This document shows, one piece after another, positions 48,364-58,689 of a stretch of 64,000 nt of DNA. The notes below the pieces were generated by a model, which did no database searches, was not told the DNA's origin, and saw only the letters and a program-made list of their open reading frames with translations. The translations under genes were made by a program, and so were the position numbers. The stretch is from Dehalococcoidia bacterium (GTDB taxonomy: Bacteria > Chloroflexota > Dehalococcoidia > Bin125), in contig OY760135.1 of assembly GCA_963663185.1 (NCBI GenBank), positions 1,587,170 to 1,651,169 on the forward strand, written 5' to 3'. Position 1 is the first letter of the stretch. Each line of letters starts with the position of its first letter.

Positions 48364-49889
48364 CGTCCGGCAAGGCCCTCACGTCCGTCAATTCCCTCAA
48401 TTCCCTCAAGTCGATTGATGACCAGCATGACGCGGAGCTGCTCTCTCTGACGCTCGCAGAGGCGTCGCGGCGACTGCGTCGCGGCGAGCTCACGTCGCGT
48501 CGATTAACCGAGGCGTTTCAAGCTCGCATCGCCGATACGGACGAGACGGTCCGCGCCTTCGTCACGCTGACCACGCAGGATGCTCTGGCAGCCGCCGATG
48601 CAGCCGACGACCTGCTCGCTCGCGGTGACGCGGCGTCGCCTCTGACCGGTCTGCCGATTGCGCTCAAGGATGTCCTGATGACTGAGGGCGTGCGCACCAC
48701 CGCCGGATCGCGCATGTTGGATAGCCTGATCCCGCCCTACGACGCCACGGTCGTGTCCAAACTACGCGAGGCGGGCGCGGTCTCACTCGGTAAGACGAAT
48801 ATGGATGAGTTCGCGATGGGATCGTCGACCGAGCATTCTGCCTGGCACCCGACCGCGAATCCATGGGACCTGGAGCGAGTGCCTGGCGGCTCTTCGGGCG
48901 GGTCCGCCGCCGCGCTGGCCGCGCAACAATGTCTCGCTTCACTCGGATCCGACACGGGCGGATCGATTCGTCAACCGGCCTCGTTCTGCGGGGTCGTGGG
49001 ACTCAAGCCGACATACGGGCGCGTCTCTCGCAACGGCTTGATCGCCTTTGCCAGCTCGCTCGATCAGATCGGTCCCTTCACCCGCAGCGTTGAAGACGCG
49101 GCCATGTTGCTGCAAGCGATCGCCGGTCCCGATCCACTCGATGCCACTTGCTATGACCTGCAGCCACCCGATTTCTCCGCCGGTCTGGAAGACGGCCTTG
49201 ACGGGTTGCGCATTGCCGCGCCGCAAGAGTTTTTCGGCGACGGCATGGATGACGATGTCGCGGTCGCGGTGGAGGCGGCGCTTGACCTGCTCGCCGCAAA
49301 CGGCGCCGTCGTGGACCGATCGCCGACGATGCCGACGATACCGATGGCGCTGCCGGTCTACTACGTGCTCGCGCCGTCCGAGTGCTCAGCCAATCTGGCG
49401 CGATTCGATGGCGTCAAATATGGCTACGGCGCTCGCGGTGGGGAGTCAATGTGGGCGGATATGGAATCGACCCGTCAGCATGGTTTCGGGCGCGAGGTGA
49501 AACGTCGGATTCTGCTGGGTGCCTATGCGCTCTCAGCGGGCTATTACGACGCCTACTACTTGCAGGCGCAGAAAGTACGCACGTTGATCCGTCGCGAATT
49601 CGACCGCGTCTTTGAGGATCATGATGTGATCGTCGCGCCGACCGCGCCGACCGTCGCGTTCAAGCAAGGCGCGATCTCCGACCCGTACCAGATGTATCTG
49701 AATGACATTTTTACGATTCCTGCGAATATCGCTGGCCTGCCTGCGATCTCGGCGCCGGCCGGATTCGGCGAAGGTGGCATGCCCGTCGGTCTACAGTTCG
49801 TCGGCAACCGATTGGACGAACCCGCCGTCCTACGGGCCGCGAACGCCTACGAACGGCTTGCGAGTTGGCCGACCGTCCCGCCGCAGTAG
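48360..49889 (+). CDS. gatA: Asp/Glu-tRNA amidotransferase subunit A
   Basis: GKTNMDEFAMGSSTE, PGGSSGGSAA, DTGGSIRQPAS. Confidence 0.97.
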   Translation: MTSGKALTSVNSLNSLKSIDDQHDAELLSLTLAEASRRLRRGELTSRRLTEAFQARIADTDETVRAFVTLTTQDALAAADAADDLLARGDAASPLTGLPIALKDVLMTEGVRTTAGSRMLDSLIPPYDATVVSKLREAGAVSLGKTNMDEFAMGSSTEHSAWHPTANPWDLERVPGGSSGGSAAALAAQQCLASLGSDTGGSIRQPASFCGVVGLKPTYGRVSRNGLIAFASSLDQIGPFTRSVEDAAMLLQAIAGPDPLDATCYDLQPPDFSAGLEDGLDGLRIAAPQEFFGDGMDDDVAVAVEAALDLLAANGAVVDRSPTMPTIPMALPVYYVLAPSECSANLARFDGVKYGYGARGGESMWADMESTRQHGFGREVKRRILLGAYALSAGYYDAYYLQAQKVRTLIRREFDRVFEDHDVIVAPTAPTVAFKQGAISDPYQMYLNDIFTIPANIAGLPAISAPAGFGEGGMPVGLQFVGNRLDEPAVLRAANAYERLASWPTVPPQ

Positions 49890-50007
49890 GTACGGTCCTC
49901 TGTACGTCAACGTTCAGATCCGCTCGCGTGTCGGCCATGCGCGAGTCGCTGGATGGGGAAACAAACTCGGATCATGCTCCTGAGTGCTGGTATATGGTGA
50001 ATCGGTG

Positions 50008-50499
50008 ATGGATTCGATTCTGGAACCGGTCCTGCGAGAACTGGCGCGTGACGCGCGATTGACGGCGACGCAGATCGCGATCAAGTTGGGCGAGGACGAA
50101 ACGGATGTCGCCGCCGCAATCGCTGAGGCGGAAGCGCGCGGCATCATCCTCGGCCGCGGCGCCAAAATCAACTGGGAAACGCTCGGCCTGGCGACCGTCT
50201 ACGCGGTCGTGGAAGTGACGGTCGAGCCGCAGGAGAATGTCGGCTACAACGCGGTCGCGCGGCGCATCGCTCGCTTCGACGAGGTGCAGACGGTGTACTT
50301 CGTCTCGGGCGCCTACGACCTACTGGTGATGGTGGCCGCAGACAACATGCGCGGCATCTCCGACTTCGTGGGTGAGCGACTGGCCACGATGCCTGGCGTG
50401 AAAGGCACGACGACGCGCGTGCTCATGCGTCGCTACAAGGAGGACGGCGTGTTTATCGAGGCTGACTTGCAGAATGACCGTCAGCGAGTGGTCTTCTAG
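50008..50499 (+). CDS. Lrp/AsnC family transcriptional regulator
   Basis: LARDARLTATQIA HTH; VSGAYDLLV. Confidence 0.9.
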   Translation: MDSILEPVLRELARDARLTATQIAIKLGEDETDVAAAIAEAEARGIILGRGAKINWETLGLATVYAVVEVTVEPQENVGYNAVARRIARFDEVQTVYFVSGAYDLLVMVAADNMRGISDFVGERLATMPGVKGTTTRVLMRRYKEDGVFIEADLQNDRQRVVF

Positions 50500-50542
50500 G
50501 GCGTTTGATACGACAGCCTGATGACAGGAGCCGAGAGCAGCC

Positions 50543-51787
50543 ATGCCGATCGCGTCTAACGAGCGTCTGCCAAGCCGCGTTGAGGCCTCGCCTGATCGCG
50601 AGCGCCTGGAGGGCGCGGCATCGCGCCTTGCAGACCGAGTCCAGGCAGTTCCCGGATCTGGCATCCGTCGCTTTTTCGACATCATCGCGACGATGGATCA
50701 GGTGATCTCGCTGGGCGTGGGTGAACCGGATTTCATCACGCCCTGGCCGATCTCGGAGGCTGGCATCCGCGCCATTGAGCAGGGGCACACCCACTACACC
50801 TCCAATCTTGGATTGGTTGAGCTGCGTGAGGCGATCGCCGCCGACCTTGCCCGCCGCTACGGCGTCGAGTGGAGTCCCGCCGATGAGATGCTGATCACGA
50901 CCGGCGTTTCCGAAGGGCTCGATCTGGCCGTCCGCGCGATTATCAATCCTGGTGATGAGGTGATCGTCGCTGATCCCTCCTACGCAGCGCATGCGCCGGC
51001 GATCGTGTTGGCCGGCGGTGTGCCGGCGCCGGTCATGACGCGCGCGGCGAACGGCTTTGCGCTCGCGCCGGACGATGTCGCGGCCGCGATCACGCCTCGC
51101 ACGAAGGCGCTGTTGCTGGGCAACCCTTCGAATCCGACCGGCGCCGTGCTCGATCGTCCCGCGCTTGAGGCGCTCGCCGACCTCGCGCGACGACATGATC
51201 TGCTGGTGATCTCGGACGAGATCTACGATCGTCTCATCTACGGCGGCGCCGAGCATACGCCGATCGCAGCGCTGCCGAGCATGCGGGAACGCACCATTAC
51301 GTTGGGCGGATTCTCGAAGTCGCATGCGATGACCGGTTGGCGCGTCGCCTGGGCAGCTGCGGCCACCGACCTGATGGGCGGCATGCTGAAAATCCATCAG
51401 TACACGATGATGTCCGCTCCGACTGTCGCCCAATACGCCGCCCTCGAAGCGATCCGCGCCGGGGAAGAGTATGTCGTCTCCATGCGCGAGGAATATGACC
51501 GCCGCCGGCAGCTGATGTGGCGCGGTTTCAACGCCCTTGGCCTCGCCTGCGCCGAGCCGAAGGGCGCGTTCTACGCGTTCCCGTCAGTCGCGCAGACCGG
51601 CTATGACGACGAGACCTTCGCGGAGCAACTGCTCTTGCAGGAGCAGGTTGCGGTCGTGCCAGGGTCGGCGTTTGGCGCGGCGGGCGCAGGCCACGTGCGG
51701 GCCTGCTACGCGACGAGCTACGAAGAGATTGAAGAGGCGCTCGTTCGCATCGGTCGATTCCTGCGTCGCGCGCCAATGGCCAAGTAG
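50543..51787 (+). CDS. Class I/II aminotransferase (YugH/AlaT-like, paired with Lrp)
   Basis: SLGVGEPDF, NPSNPTG, SDEIY, GFSKSHAMTGWR. Confidence 0.92.
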   Translation: MPIASNERLPSRVEASPDRERLEGAASRLADRVQAVPGSGIRRFFDIIATMDQVISLGVGEPDFITPWPISEAGIRAIEQGHTHYTSNLGLVELREAIAADLARRYGVEWSPADEMLITTGVSEGLDLAVRAIINPGDEVIVADPSYAAHAPAIVLAGGVPAPVMTRAANGFALAPDDVAAAITPRTKALLLGNPSNPTGAVLDRPALEALADLARRHDLLVISDEIYDRLIYGGAEHTPIAALPSMRERTITLGGFSKSHAMTGWRVAWAAAATDLMGGMLKIHQYTMMSAPTVAQYAALEAIRAGEEYVVSMREEYDRRRQLMWRGFNALGLACAEPKGAFYAFPSVAQTGYDDETFAEQLLLQEQVAVVPGSAFGAAGAGHVRACYATSYEEIEEALVRIGRFLRRAPMAK

Positions 51788-51862
51788 CCCGCGCGAACCC
51801 ATCGGGCGATCCCAACGCGCGGACTCAAGCGGGCTGATCGAGCCAGCCGCTAACCTGTCGGC

Positions 51863-52591
51863 ATGACGTTTCGGCTCAATCCACCTGAAGATACGCCGCC
51901 GCCCGAAGATCTGACGCTGAGCATCACTGGCGTACAGGCTCGTCCTCGCGATGTGGAGTCGGGCGAGCCGGATCCATCGCGCCTCAAGCTCAGGCTGCGC
52001 ACGACTCGCGGCGTGATTTGGGGATTGCTCGACGTCAGCGAGGGTCAGACGGGCGCGCTGGTCACCTGCTCCGGCGCGATGGGTGGAGAGCACGAAACGC
52101 GCGGACCCGCAGACTCCGTGTACCGTCGCCTGGCCGAGCGGCTGCCGGGCGAGGGCGTGTCCGTCTTGCGGATTCACTACCGCATCGCGGGCGAGTTCGA
52201 GGAATGCGTACTCGATCTATTGGGCGCCTGTTCCTTCCTCAGCGGCATCGGCGCCAAGCGAATTGTCCTGGCCGGACACTCGTTTGGCGGCGCAGTGGTG
52301 ATCAAGACCGCGCAGATCCTGCCTCGGGTCAGCGGCGTGATCTCGCTCTCGCCGCAACTCTTCGGGACGCGCCAGGTGGAAGAGATGGCGAAACCGCTGT
52401 TGCTCATTCACGGCACGGCCGACGCCATTCTGCACCACATGGCATCTGAGGACATCTACGAGCGGGCGACCGAGCCCAAGAAGCTCGTGCTGATCCCAAA
52501 TGGCGGCCACGGCCTGGCCGAGGAACCGGAAACGGTCATGTCAGAGATGCATCAGTTCATCCAAACCCACGCCGGTCCACCCGTCGTCTAG
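51863..52591 (+). CDS. Alpha/beta hydrolase
   Basis: GHSFGG nucleophile elbow; HGTAD...GGHG. Confidence 0.85.
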   Translation: MTFRLNPPEDTPPPEDLTLSITGVQARPRDVESGEPDPSRLKLRLRTTRGVIWGLLDVSEGQTGALVTCSGAMGGEHETRGPADSVYRRLAERLPGEGVSVLRIHYRIAGEFEECVLDLLGACSFLSGIGAKRIVLAGHSFGGAVVIKTAQILPRVSGVISLSPQLFGTRQVEEMAKPLLLIHGTADAILHHMASEDIYERATEPKKLVLIPNGGHGLAEEPETVMSEMHQFIQTHAGPPVV

Positions 52592-52798
52592 CGCCACCAC
52601 GACCGTTCACTAGCCAATGAGGAACTCTCTGGCGGGTTCCGCTGCTTCCCGCATGAGCCGCATGAGACCTGTGCGAACGCAACGACCGCCCCAGCGCGTA
52701 TCTGGCCGCGGCTGCCGCGGCAATGACGGAGTGGAGGTTGCCGCGCAGGTCTCCTTTGGGCGGAACCGGAGCGGAGCGCGACCGAGGCGGGTGCTCAG

Positions 52799-53659
52799 CT
52801 AACCGCTGCTCGCGCTGTTGCCACTACTACCGACGCCCAGCCGCTCCACGATGGCGCGGGCTGCGTTCGTCAGCTCCATGGGCACAATCCACTTGGTGCT
52901 GTCGCTGGTCGCGAGCGTGCGTAGGGCGTCGAGGTATTGCAGTCCCATCGTGTTGCCGTGCGCGTCCTGCGCCACCTCGTTGATCGCCGAGATCGCACTC
53001 GCGTAACCCTCCGCCTCGAGCAGCTGCGCTTCCTTGTGACCGGAGGCGCGCAGAATCTGCGACTGACGCTCACCCTCCGCCTCAAGGATGGCGGATTGTC
53101 GCGCGCCCTCGGCGACATTGATCTGCGCGTCACGCGATCCTTCAGACTCGGTGATCTGCGCACGCCGCGTGCGTTCCGCCGACATCTGGCGGGTCATCGC
53201 CTCGGCGATCGCGGGCGGCGGCTCAATCTCGCGGATTTCCACCGCGGTGACCTTCACGCCCCAGCGATTGGTGACTTGGTCGAGCTTGACCTGCATTTGA
53301 TCATTGATGTCGTCGCGGCGCGAGAGCACTTCGTCCAGATTCATCTCGCCGACGACGGCGCGCAGCGTGGTCGTGGCGAGCTGCCGCGCGGCGCCCAGAT
53401 AGTCTCGGACTTCGAGGACGGTGCGCTCCGGTTCCATGACGCGCAGGTAGACGACGAAGTCGACATCGACGCCGGCGTTGTCGCGCGTAATGTTGCGCTG
53501 CGGCGGGACGTCGAAGTACTGCTCGCGAGTGTCAACCTTGGTGCCGGCCTGGATGATCGGGATGACCCAGACCAATCCAGGACCCTTCATGCCTACGTAG
53601 CGACCAAGCTGGAACTTGGCGATCCGTTCATAATCTCGGACCATGTTGAGAATCGCCAT
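52799..53659 (-). CDS. SPFH/band 7 (stomatin-like) protein
   Basis: FQLGRYVGMKGPGL, ATTTLRAVVGEMNLDEVLSRRD, WGVKVTAVEI. Confidence 0.92.
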   Translation of the reverse strand: MAILNMVRDYERIAKFQLGRYVGMKGPGLVWVIPIIQAGTKVDTREQYFDVPPQRNITRDNAGVDVDFVVYLRVMEPERTVLEVRDYLGAARQLATTTLRAVVGEMNLDEVLSRRDDINDQMQVKLDQVTNRWGVKVTAVEIREIEPPPAIAEAMTRQMSAERTRRAQITESEGSRDAQINVAEGARQSAILEAEGERQSQILRASGHKEAQLLEAEGYASAISAINEVAQDAHGNTMGLQYLDALRTLATSDSTKWIVPMELTNAARAIVERLGVGSSGNSASSG

Positions 53660-53779
53660 GCGGTGCTCCTGTCTGCAATCTTGTGTCGGTATTCTTGCGT
53701 TCGCTTGAGTATATGGAGTTGTAAACGCCGTCGGAGGCATAAGCTGAGCGAATGAGCGACGACAGATGAACGACGACCT

Positions 53780-54706
53780 ATGAGCGACGACCCGTCCAAG
53801 CCGCTGCCCGAGCAGCAGCCTCCGATTGCGCAGCCCTGGTATCGGCGCTTGATGCGTAGTCGCGCGAATTCGTGGATTGACCTGACGCGACCCTACATCG
53901 GGTTCTGGATGATGTTCACCGCCGGATTGATGACGGTCGCCGCGGCGCGAGGCTCGCTGGAGTGGACCTTGCCGATCGTCTACGCCGGCATGGTGCAACT
54001 GCTGAGCCTGGCGGCCGGCATGATCAACGACGCCCATGATATCGAGATCGACAACAGGACGCGCCTCTATCGACCGATCCCGATGCGTGGGGTGACGGCC
54101 CGATCGGCGTTGATTGCCGCAGCGTTTCCCGCAGGCCTGGGGGCCGCCATCGGATTCGCCAACGACTGGCAGGTCGGCGTGATCGGAATGGCGATGCTGC
54201 TGGCGAGCGCCCTCTACAGCTATGCCTGGCGCGGGTCCGTGATGGGAGTCGCGTCGTTCGCTCTGATCGGCGTGTTGATGCCGGCCGGCGCCATCCAGCT
54301 GACGGGCGCTTCCATCTCAACCGCTCATTTGCTGTGGCTGATTCCAGTCGGCGGACTCAGCGGAGCCGCGACTTACATGATTTACAAGTTGCCCTTCTAC
54401 GAATTCGACGACTTTGACGGCTACCGCTCAGTCCTGCATTGGCTGGGGATTGATACCGCGATCGCCATGTCCTGGGCGGTTCTGGCGGCGGCGTTGGCGC
54501 TGGCTGCGGCATCGCTCAATGTCTCTGGCGGCGACCTGCTCTGGCTGCTGGGACCGCTGCTCTATCTGATCCTGGCTGGACTCTTCTGCTTTGCCTCGTT
54601 GATGAACCGCATCAGCTACATCCGTCTGGTCATGCAACGCTGGCTGATCGTGCCGTTCATACCGCTCACGATGATCTGCTGGCTCGCCGCCGCCGCGGGA
54701 GTGTGA
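53780..54706 (+). CDS. UbiA prenyltransferase family protein
   Basis: NDAHDIEIDNRTRLYRPIP; multi-TM. Confidence 0.85.
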   Translation: MSDDPSKPLPEQQPPIAQPWYRRLMRSRANSWIDLTRPYIGFWMMFTAGLMTVAAARGSLEWTLPIVYAGMVQLLSLAAGMINDAHDIEIDNRTRLYRPIPMRGVTARSALIAAAFPAGLGAAIGFANDWQVGVIGMAMLLASALYSYAWRGSVMGVASFALIGVLMPAGAIQLTGASISTAHLLWLIPVGGLSGAATYMIYKLPFYEFDDFDGYRSVLHWLGIDTAIAMSWAVLAAALALAAASLNVSGGDLLWLLGPLLYLILAGLFCFASLMNRISYIRLVMQRWLIVPFIPLTMICWLAAAAGV

Positions 54707-54740
54707 TACATCCAGGACGGACGGCGTCGACAGCGCTCTG

Positions 54741-54810
54741 CTATTGCAGCGCCCGCCTGTTGCAGATCTGGCCTATTGCAGATCTCGCCTATTGCAGATC
54801 TGGCCTATTG
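54741..54810. repeat. 16-bp tandem repeat (about 4 copies) between convergent genes
   Basis: CTATTGCAGATCTGGC-type units at 54741, 54757, 54773, 54789, partial at 54805. Confidence 0.85.
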
Positions 54811-55875
54811 GAGGGCGCCCGACGCGGCAATCGGCCACTCAGCCTCGACGGCGCCTGCGCGGTGTGCGTACAAGGTCCGATGCAGCAACACCGTGCTGTC
54901 CGAGTAGTGCGGGACCAGTTGCACGCGATCGCCGAGTTGCAGTTGCGTGCCGCCGTGGCGTGACAGGTGCGTGTGCTCGGCGCTCAGGCCGAGGCAGCGC
55001 CAACCTTCAGGCTGCGCGACCTCTGGCAACCCGGTGTGGCGACCGGTTGCTTTCCAGCCCGCATCGGCGGCGGATCGCTCAGGATCCGTTGCCGATACCA
55101 CCTGGCAGATCAGGCTCAGCGCCTGTTGGTGTCCGGCGACGCCCATCGACTGGTAGGTCAGATCCATCAGCGCCGCGCCGCCTGCCTGCAACTCCGTCAG
55201 GGTGCCCTGTTGCAGGACGAACCGATAGTTGCCGCTGCCACCGCCCGACAGCACGCCAATCTCATGGCCATTTGCGCGGCAGAGGTCGAGCGCCTGATTC
55301 AGAATCGCGGCGGAGGCTGCCGTCTCTGCTTCCTTCTCGTCGTCGGGCAAGTTCATGACGTGTCCCTCATAGCCCATCAGGCCGCGCATTTTCACCCCTG
55401 GCAGATCGTCGATCAATGCGCACAGCGCTGGCGCCAACTCCGGCGTGGTACCGCAGCGATGCAGATTCACATCAATATCCACGAGCAGATCGATCTGTAC
55501 GTTCGCTTCGTCAGCGGCGGCCGCAATCTGGCGCGCGTTCGAGGCATCGTCCACGGCGACGCATAGACGCGCGGTTCTGGCAATCTCCACCAACGTCTGG
55601 ATCTTGCGCTCGCCGATCACCTCGTTTGCGATCAGGATGTCTGCAATGCCGCCGCGCGCCATGGCCAACGCTTCGGACGCCTTGGCGCAGGTCACGCCGA
55701 CTGCGCCTGCTGCGATCAGCCGCCTGGCCAGGTCAGGCGACTTCGCCGCCTTGATGTGTGGTCGCCAGGCGATCCCGACCTCGGCGCAACGGCGGGACAT
55801 CAGCGCCGCATTGTGCTCCAACGCATCGAGGTCAATCAGCAGCGCCGGCGTGTCCAGATTCCAGATCGAGGTCAT
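54805..55875 (-). CDS. DSD1-family PLP enzyme (D-threonine aldolase / D-serine dehydratase-like)
   Basis: LDTPALLIDLD, RPHIKAAKS, GLMGYEGH, LSAEH. Confidence 0.88.
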   Translation of the reverse strand: MTSIWNLDTPALLIDLDALEHNAALMSRRCAEVGIAWRPHIKAAKSPDLARRLIAAGAVGVTCAKASEALAMARGGIADILIANEVIGERKIQTLVEIARTARLCVAVDDASNARQIAAAADEANVQIDLLVDIDVNLHRCGTTPELAPALCALIDDLPGVKMRGLMGYEGHVMNLPDDEKEAETAASAAILNQALDLCRANGHEIGVLSGGGSGNYRFVLQQGTLTELQAGGAALMDLTYQSMGVAGHQQALSLICQVVSATDPERSAADAGWKATGRHTGLPEVAQPEGWRCLGLSAEHTHLSRHGGTQLQLGDRVQLVPHYSDSTVLLHRTLYAHRAGAVEAEWPIAASGALQ

Positions 55876-55919
55876 AGCATCCTCCCTAAGGACATTGCCA
55901 GCCTAGGGGAGCATCACCG

Positions 55920-56660
55920 ATGCCATTCAGCGAGATCAACGGACTGCAACTCTTCTATCAGGAACAGGGTCCCGCTGCGGAGGACGCGCCGACGATCGTC
56001 ATGGTGCATGGCACGCAGGGCAACGCCTCTGTCTGGGCGGGGCTCTTTGACGCGTTCTCTGACCGCTATCGCTGCGCGGCGCTGAACCATCGCGGTCGCG
56101 CGCCGTCCGAAGCGCCGGACGATCCTGACGCGTACCGCATCGAACAGTTCGCCGACGATCAGGCTGCGTTCATCGATCAGCGCGGATATGAGCGCATCGT
56201 GATGATCGGCTGGTCCCTGGGCGTGCGCACCACCCTGTCATATCTGGACCGGCATGGATCGTCGCGGGTCGCTGGCGCGATCCTGGTGGGCGGTCCGCCC
56301 TCGCCCCGCTTTGGCGGACAACCGCTCCAGGATCCCAATCGCGAGGCGCCGCCGCGAGAGGTCTGGGGACAGCGATTCGAAGCGGTCAGCGAGGCGTGCT
56401 GGCAAGGCTCACAAGCGTCTCGCGCCAGCTGCGACCTGGAGTCTGTGTTGCCAACGCTCGATCTGCCGGTCGCCATTCTGCACGGTCGACAGGATCCGAT
56501 CGCGCCCTACGCCGCTGCCGAGTTCATGGCTGAACAGTTACCCGATGCGATGCTTGTCCCCTTCGAAGAGTCGGGGCACGCGCCCATCTTCTCGGAACCC
56601 GAGCAGTTCGTGGCCGAGATGACCGCATTCCTCGATCACGTGCTCGCTAGTTCGGGCTAG
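55920..56660 (+). CDS. Alpha/beta hydrolase
   Basis: GWSLG; ESGHAP. Confidence 0.88.
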   Translation: MPFSEINGLQLFYQEQGPAAEDAPTIVMVHGTQGNASVWAGLFDAFSDRYRCAALNHRGRAPSEAPDDPDAYRIEQFADDQAAFIDQRGYERIVMIGWSLGVRTTLSYLDRHGSSRVAGAILVGGPPSPRFGGQPLQDPNREAPPREVWGQRFEAVSEACWQGSQASRASCDLESVLPTLDLPVAILHGRQDPIAPYAAAEFMAEQLPDAMLVPFEESGHAPIFSEPEQFVAEMTAFLDHVLASSG

Positions 56661-57397
56661 TCGTCCTCTTCACCAGCTCGGAAGAGGTGGTGGTAGAGCG
56701 CGCCGGCGGCCACAGCGCCGATCGCTGGTCCGATCACGTAGATCCAGAAGGAGTCAAACGCATTCGATACCAGCGCCGGCCCGAAGGTTCGGGCAGGATT
56801 GACCGATGCGCCGGTCATCGGCACGGCGATCAGGTGAATGATCATCACCGTCAGCCCGATCGCCAACGGCGCCGCGACGCCGAATCCCTTCTTCGAGACG
56901 GCCGTCGCGAAGATGACCGACACCAGCGCGGCCGTCAGCAGGATCTCGAGCAACAACGCTCCGCCGTCGCCTCCGACCAGTTCCTGGTTGATGCCATGCG
57001 CTCCGAAGTTGGATGCGTTACCGACGTCGTTGACCACAATCACGTAGAGCACGGCGGTCGCCAACGCGGCGCCAGCGAGCTGCATCACCATGTAGACGAC
57101 GCCGGGTCCCGGCTTGATGTTGCGTGTCACGATCATCGCCAGGGTGACAGCCGGATTCAGGTGACCGCCCGAGTAGTTTGCGGTCGCGTAGACCATCGCG
57201 GCGATCGCGATGCCATGCGCCAATGCGATGCCGACCAGTCCGGCGGCGCCAGGATCGTTGCCGCTCATAAAGAACACGGAAACGACCGCGCCGGTGCCGA
57301 TCAGGACGAATAGCATCGTCCCGATCAGCTCTGCGACATAAGCGCGCACGTTGGCTCCCGACGCGATCTCTGTGAGTCCCATGCGATCAGAGTCCAT
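56657..57397 (-). CDS. Aquaporin (MIP family)
   Basis: SGGHLNPA and ASVNPAR. Confidence 0.95.
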   Translation of the reverse strand: MDSDRMGLTEIASGANVRAYVAELIGTMLFVLIGTGAVVSVFFMSGNDPGAAGLVGIALAHGIAIAAMVYATANYSGGHLNPAVTLAMIVTRNIKPGPGVVYMVMQLAGAALATAVLYVIVVNDVGNASNFGAHGINQELVGGDGGALLLEILLTAALVSVIFATAVSKKGFGVAAPLAIGLTVMIIHLIAVPMTGASVNPARTFGPALVSNAFDSFWIYVIGPAIGAVAAGALYHHLFRAGEEDD

Positions 57398-57450
57398 CCT
57401 GCTCCTCCTTCAAGATCCAGTGCGCAGCAAGGCTAGCAAGCGCTCGCAAG

Positions 57451-57505
57451 CCTTGCCGTCCCTTTGCTGTCCCCTTGCCGTCCCCTTGCCGTCCCCTTGC
57501 CGTCC
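57451..57505. repeat. 11-bp tandem repeat x5
   Basis: CCTTGCCGTCC units, one of them degenerate. Confidence 0.85.
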
Positions 57506-57530
57506 ATGACGGCGTCGCCGGAGAGTCCGC

Positions 57531-58418
57531 TCAGTCCACCACCAGGGGCAGCGACTCGTCGGCGGCGTACTCCGACATCGATGCGTCGTAGACGGCGACG
57601 TTCTGGTATCCCAACAGGCTCAGCACGAAGGCGTCGTTCGACGCGGCGATGCCGCCGCCGCAGTAGGTGACGACCCGCTGACTCGGATCGGCGCCGGCGG
57701 ACGCAAACAGTTCCGCCAGCTGCTCCGAGGGCAGGTAGCATCCTGTCTCCGGATCGATCAGCTCCATCGCGGGGACGTTGGTAGAGCCTGGAATGTGGCC
57801 GGCGCGACCGTAGGTGCGTCCGCCGTCGGCGCCCGAGTGTTGGTCGCGACCGAGCGCGTTGATCAGGCAACCGCTACCGCTCGATTCGACGAATCCGCGC
57901 ACTTCCGCCAGGTCGGCGAATCGCGCCGAGTCGGCGCTTGGCGTGAATGTCGCGGCTGGATAGGACGCTGGCTCGGTCGAGCTGGCGCGACCCTCGTCCG
58001 CCCACCGTTTCCAGCCGCCGTCCAGGACCGCGGCCCGTTCACAACCCATCGAACGGAACATCCACCACAATCTCGCCGCCCACATCGAGCCCAGGCGGTC
58101 GTACAGCACCAACCGAGAGGTCTCCGAGATGCCGTGTCGACCGGCGGATTCTGCGAACGCATCCGCCGACGGCATCATGAAGCGCAGACGCTGATCGTTG
58201 TCGGAGAAGTCGGCCTGCAGGTCGAGGAAGCCAGAGCCGGGGATGTGGCCTGCGTCATACTCTGGGCGCCCGGACTCGACGCGATAGCCGCCGCCGTCGC
58301 GAGGCCGCAGAAACACGGTCGCCTCGAAGACGCGAACGTCAGGGTCTGCGTCAGGGTTATTGAGGTGTTCGGCAAGCCAATCTGTTGAGATCAGGTGTTC
58401 CGGGTTGGCAAAGGACAT
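57531..58418 (-). CDS. Two-domain sulfurtransferase (rhodanese/3-MST-like)
   Basis: GHIPGS twice, VLDGG, YCGGGIAA, YDASMSE. Confidence 0.92.
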   Translation of the reverse strand: MSFANPEHLISTDWLAEHLNNPDADPDVRVFEATVFLRPRDGGGYRVESGRPEYDAGHIPGSGFLDLQADFSDNDQRLRFMMPSADAFAESAGRHGISETSRLVLYDRLGSMWAARLWWMFRSMGCERAAVLDGGWKRWADEGRASSTEPASYPAATFTPSADSARFADLAEVRGFVESSGSGCLINALGRDQHSGADGGRTYGRAGHIPGSTNVPAMELIDPETGCYLPSEQLAELFASAGADPSQRVVTYCGGGIAASNDAFVLSLLGYQNVAVYDASMSEYAADESLPLVVD

Positions 58419-58689
58419 GCGGCGCGCCTTCCTGTTCGTCGGGTGAGTCAATCGGATATCAACATCCGACTCGATCCAGAGTAGGGCGTGTTCAGATCGA
58501 CGCGCAGAGGGACGGCGATCATCTCCTCAACAGCGACTCCTCATTGGCGAATGGCCAGCGATCAACCACGATGTCGGCTTCAGTGTCCGCTTGAGTGTCC
58601 TCTTGAGCATCTGCTTGCCGATAGACTGATCTGCGACGCAGACGAGTCGCGTACCGCCTCTTGAGCCACCTGTTGAGGAACCTGCCTCA

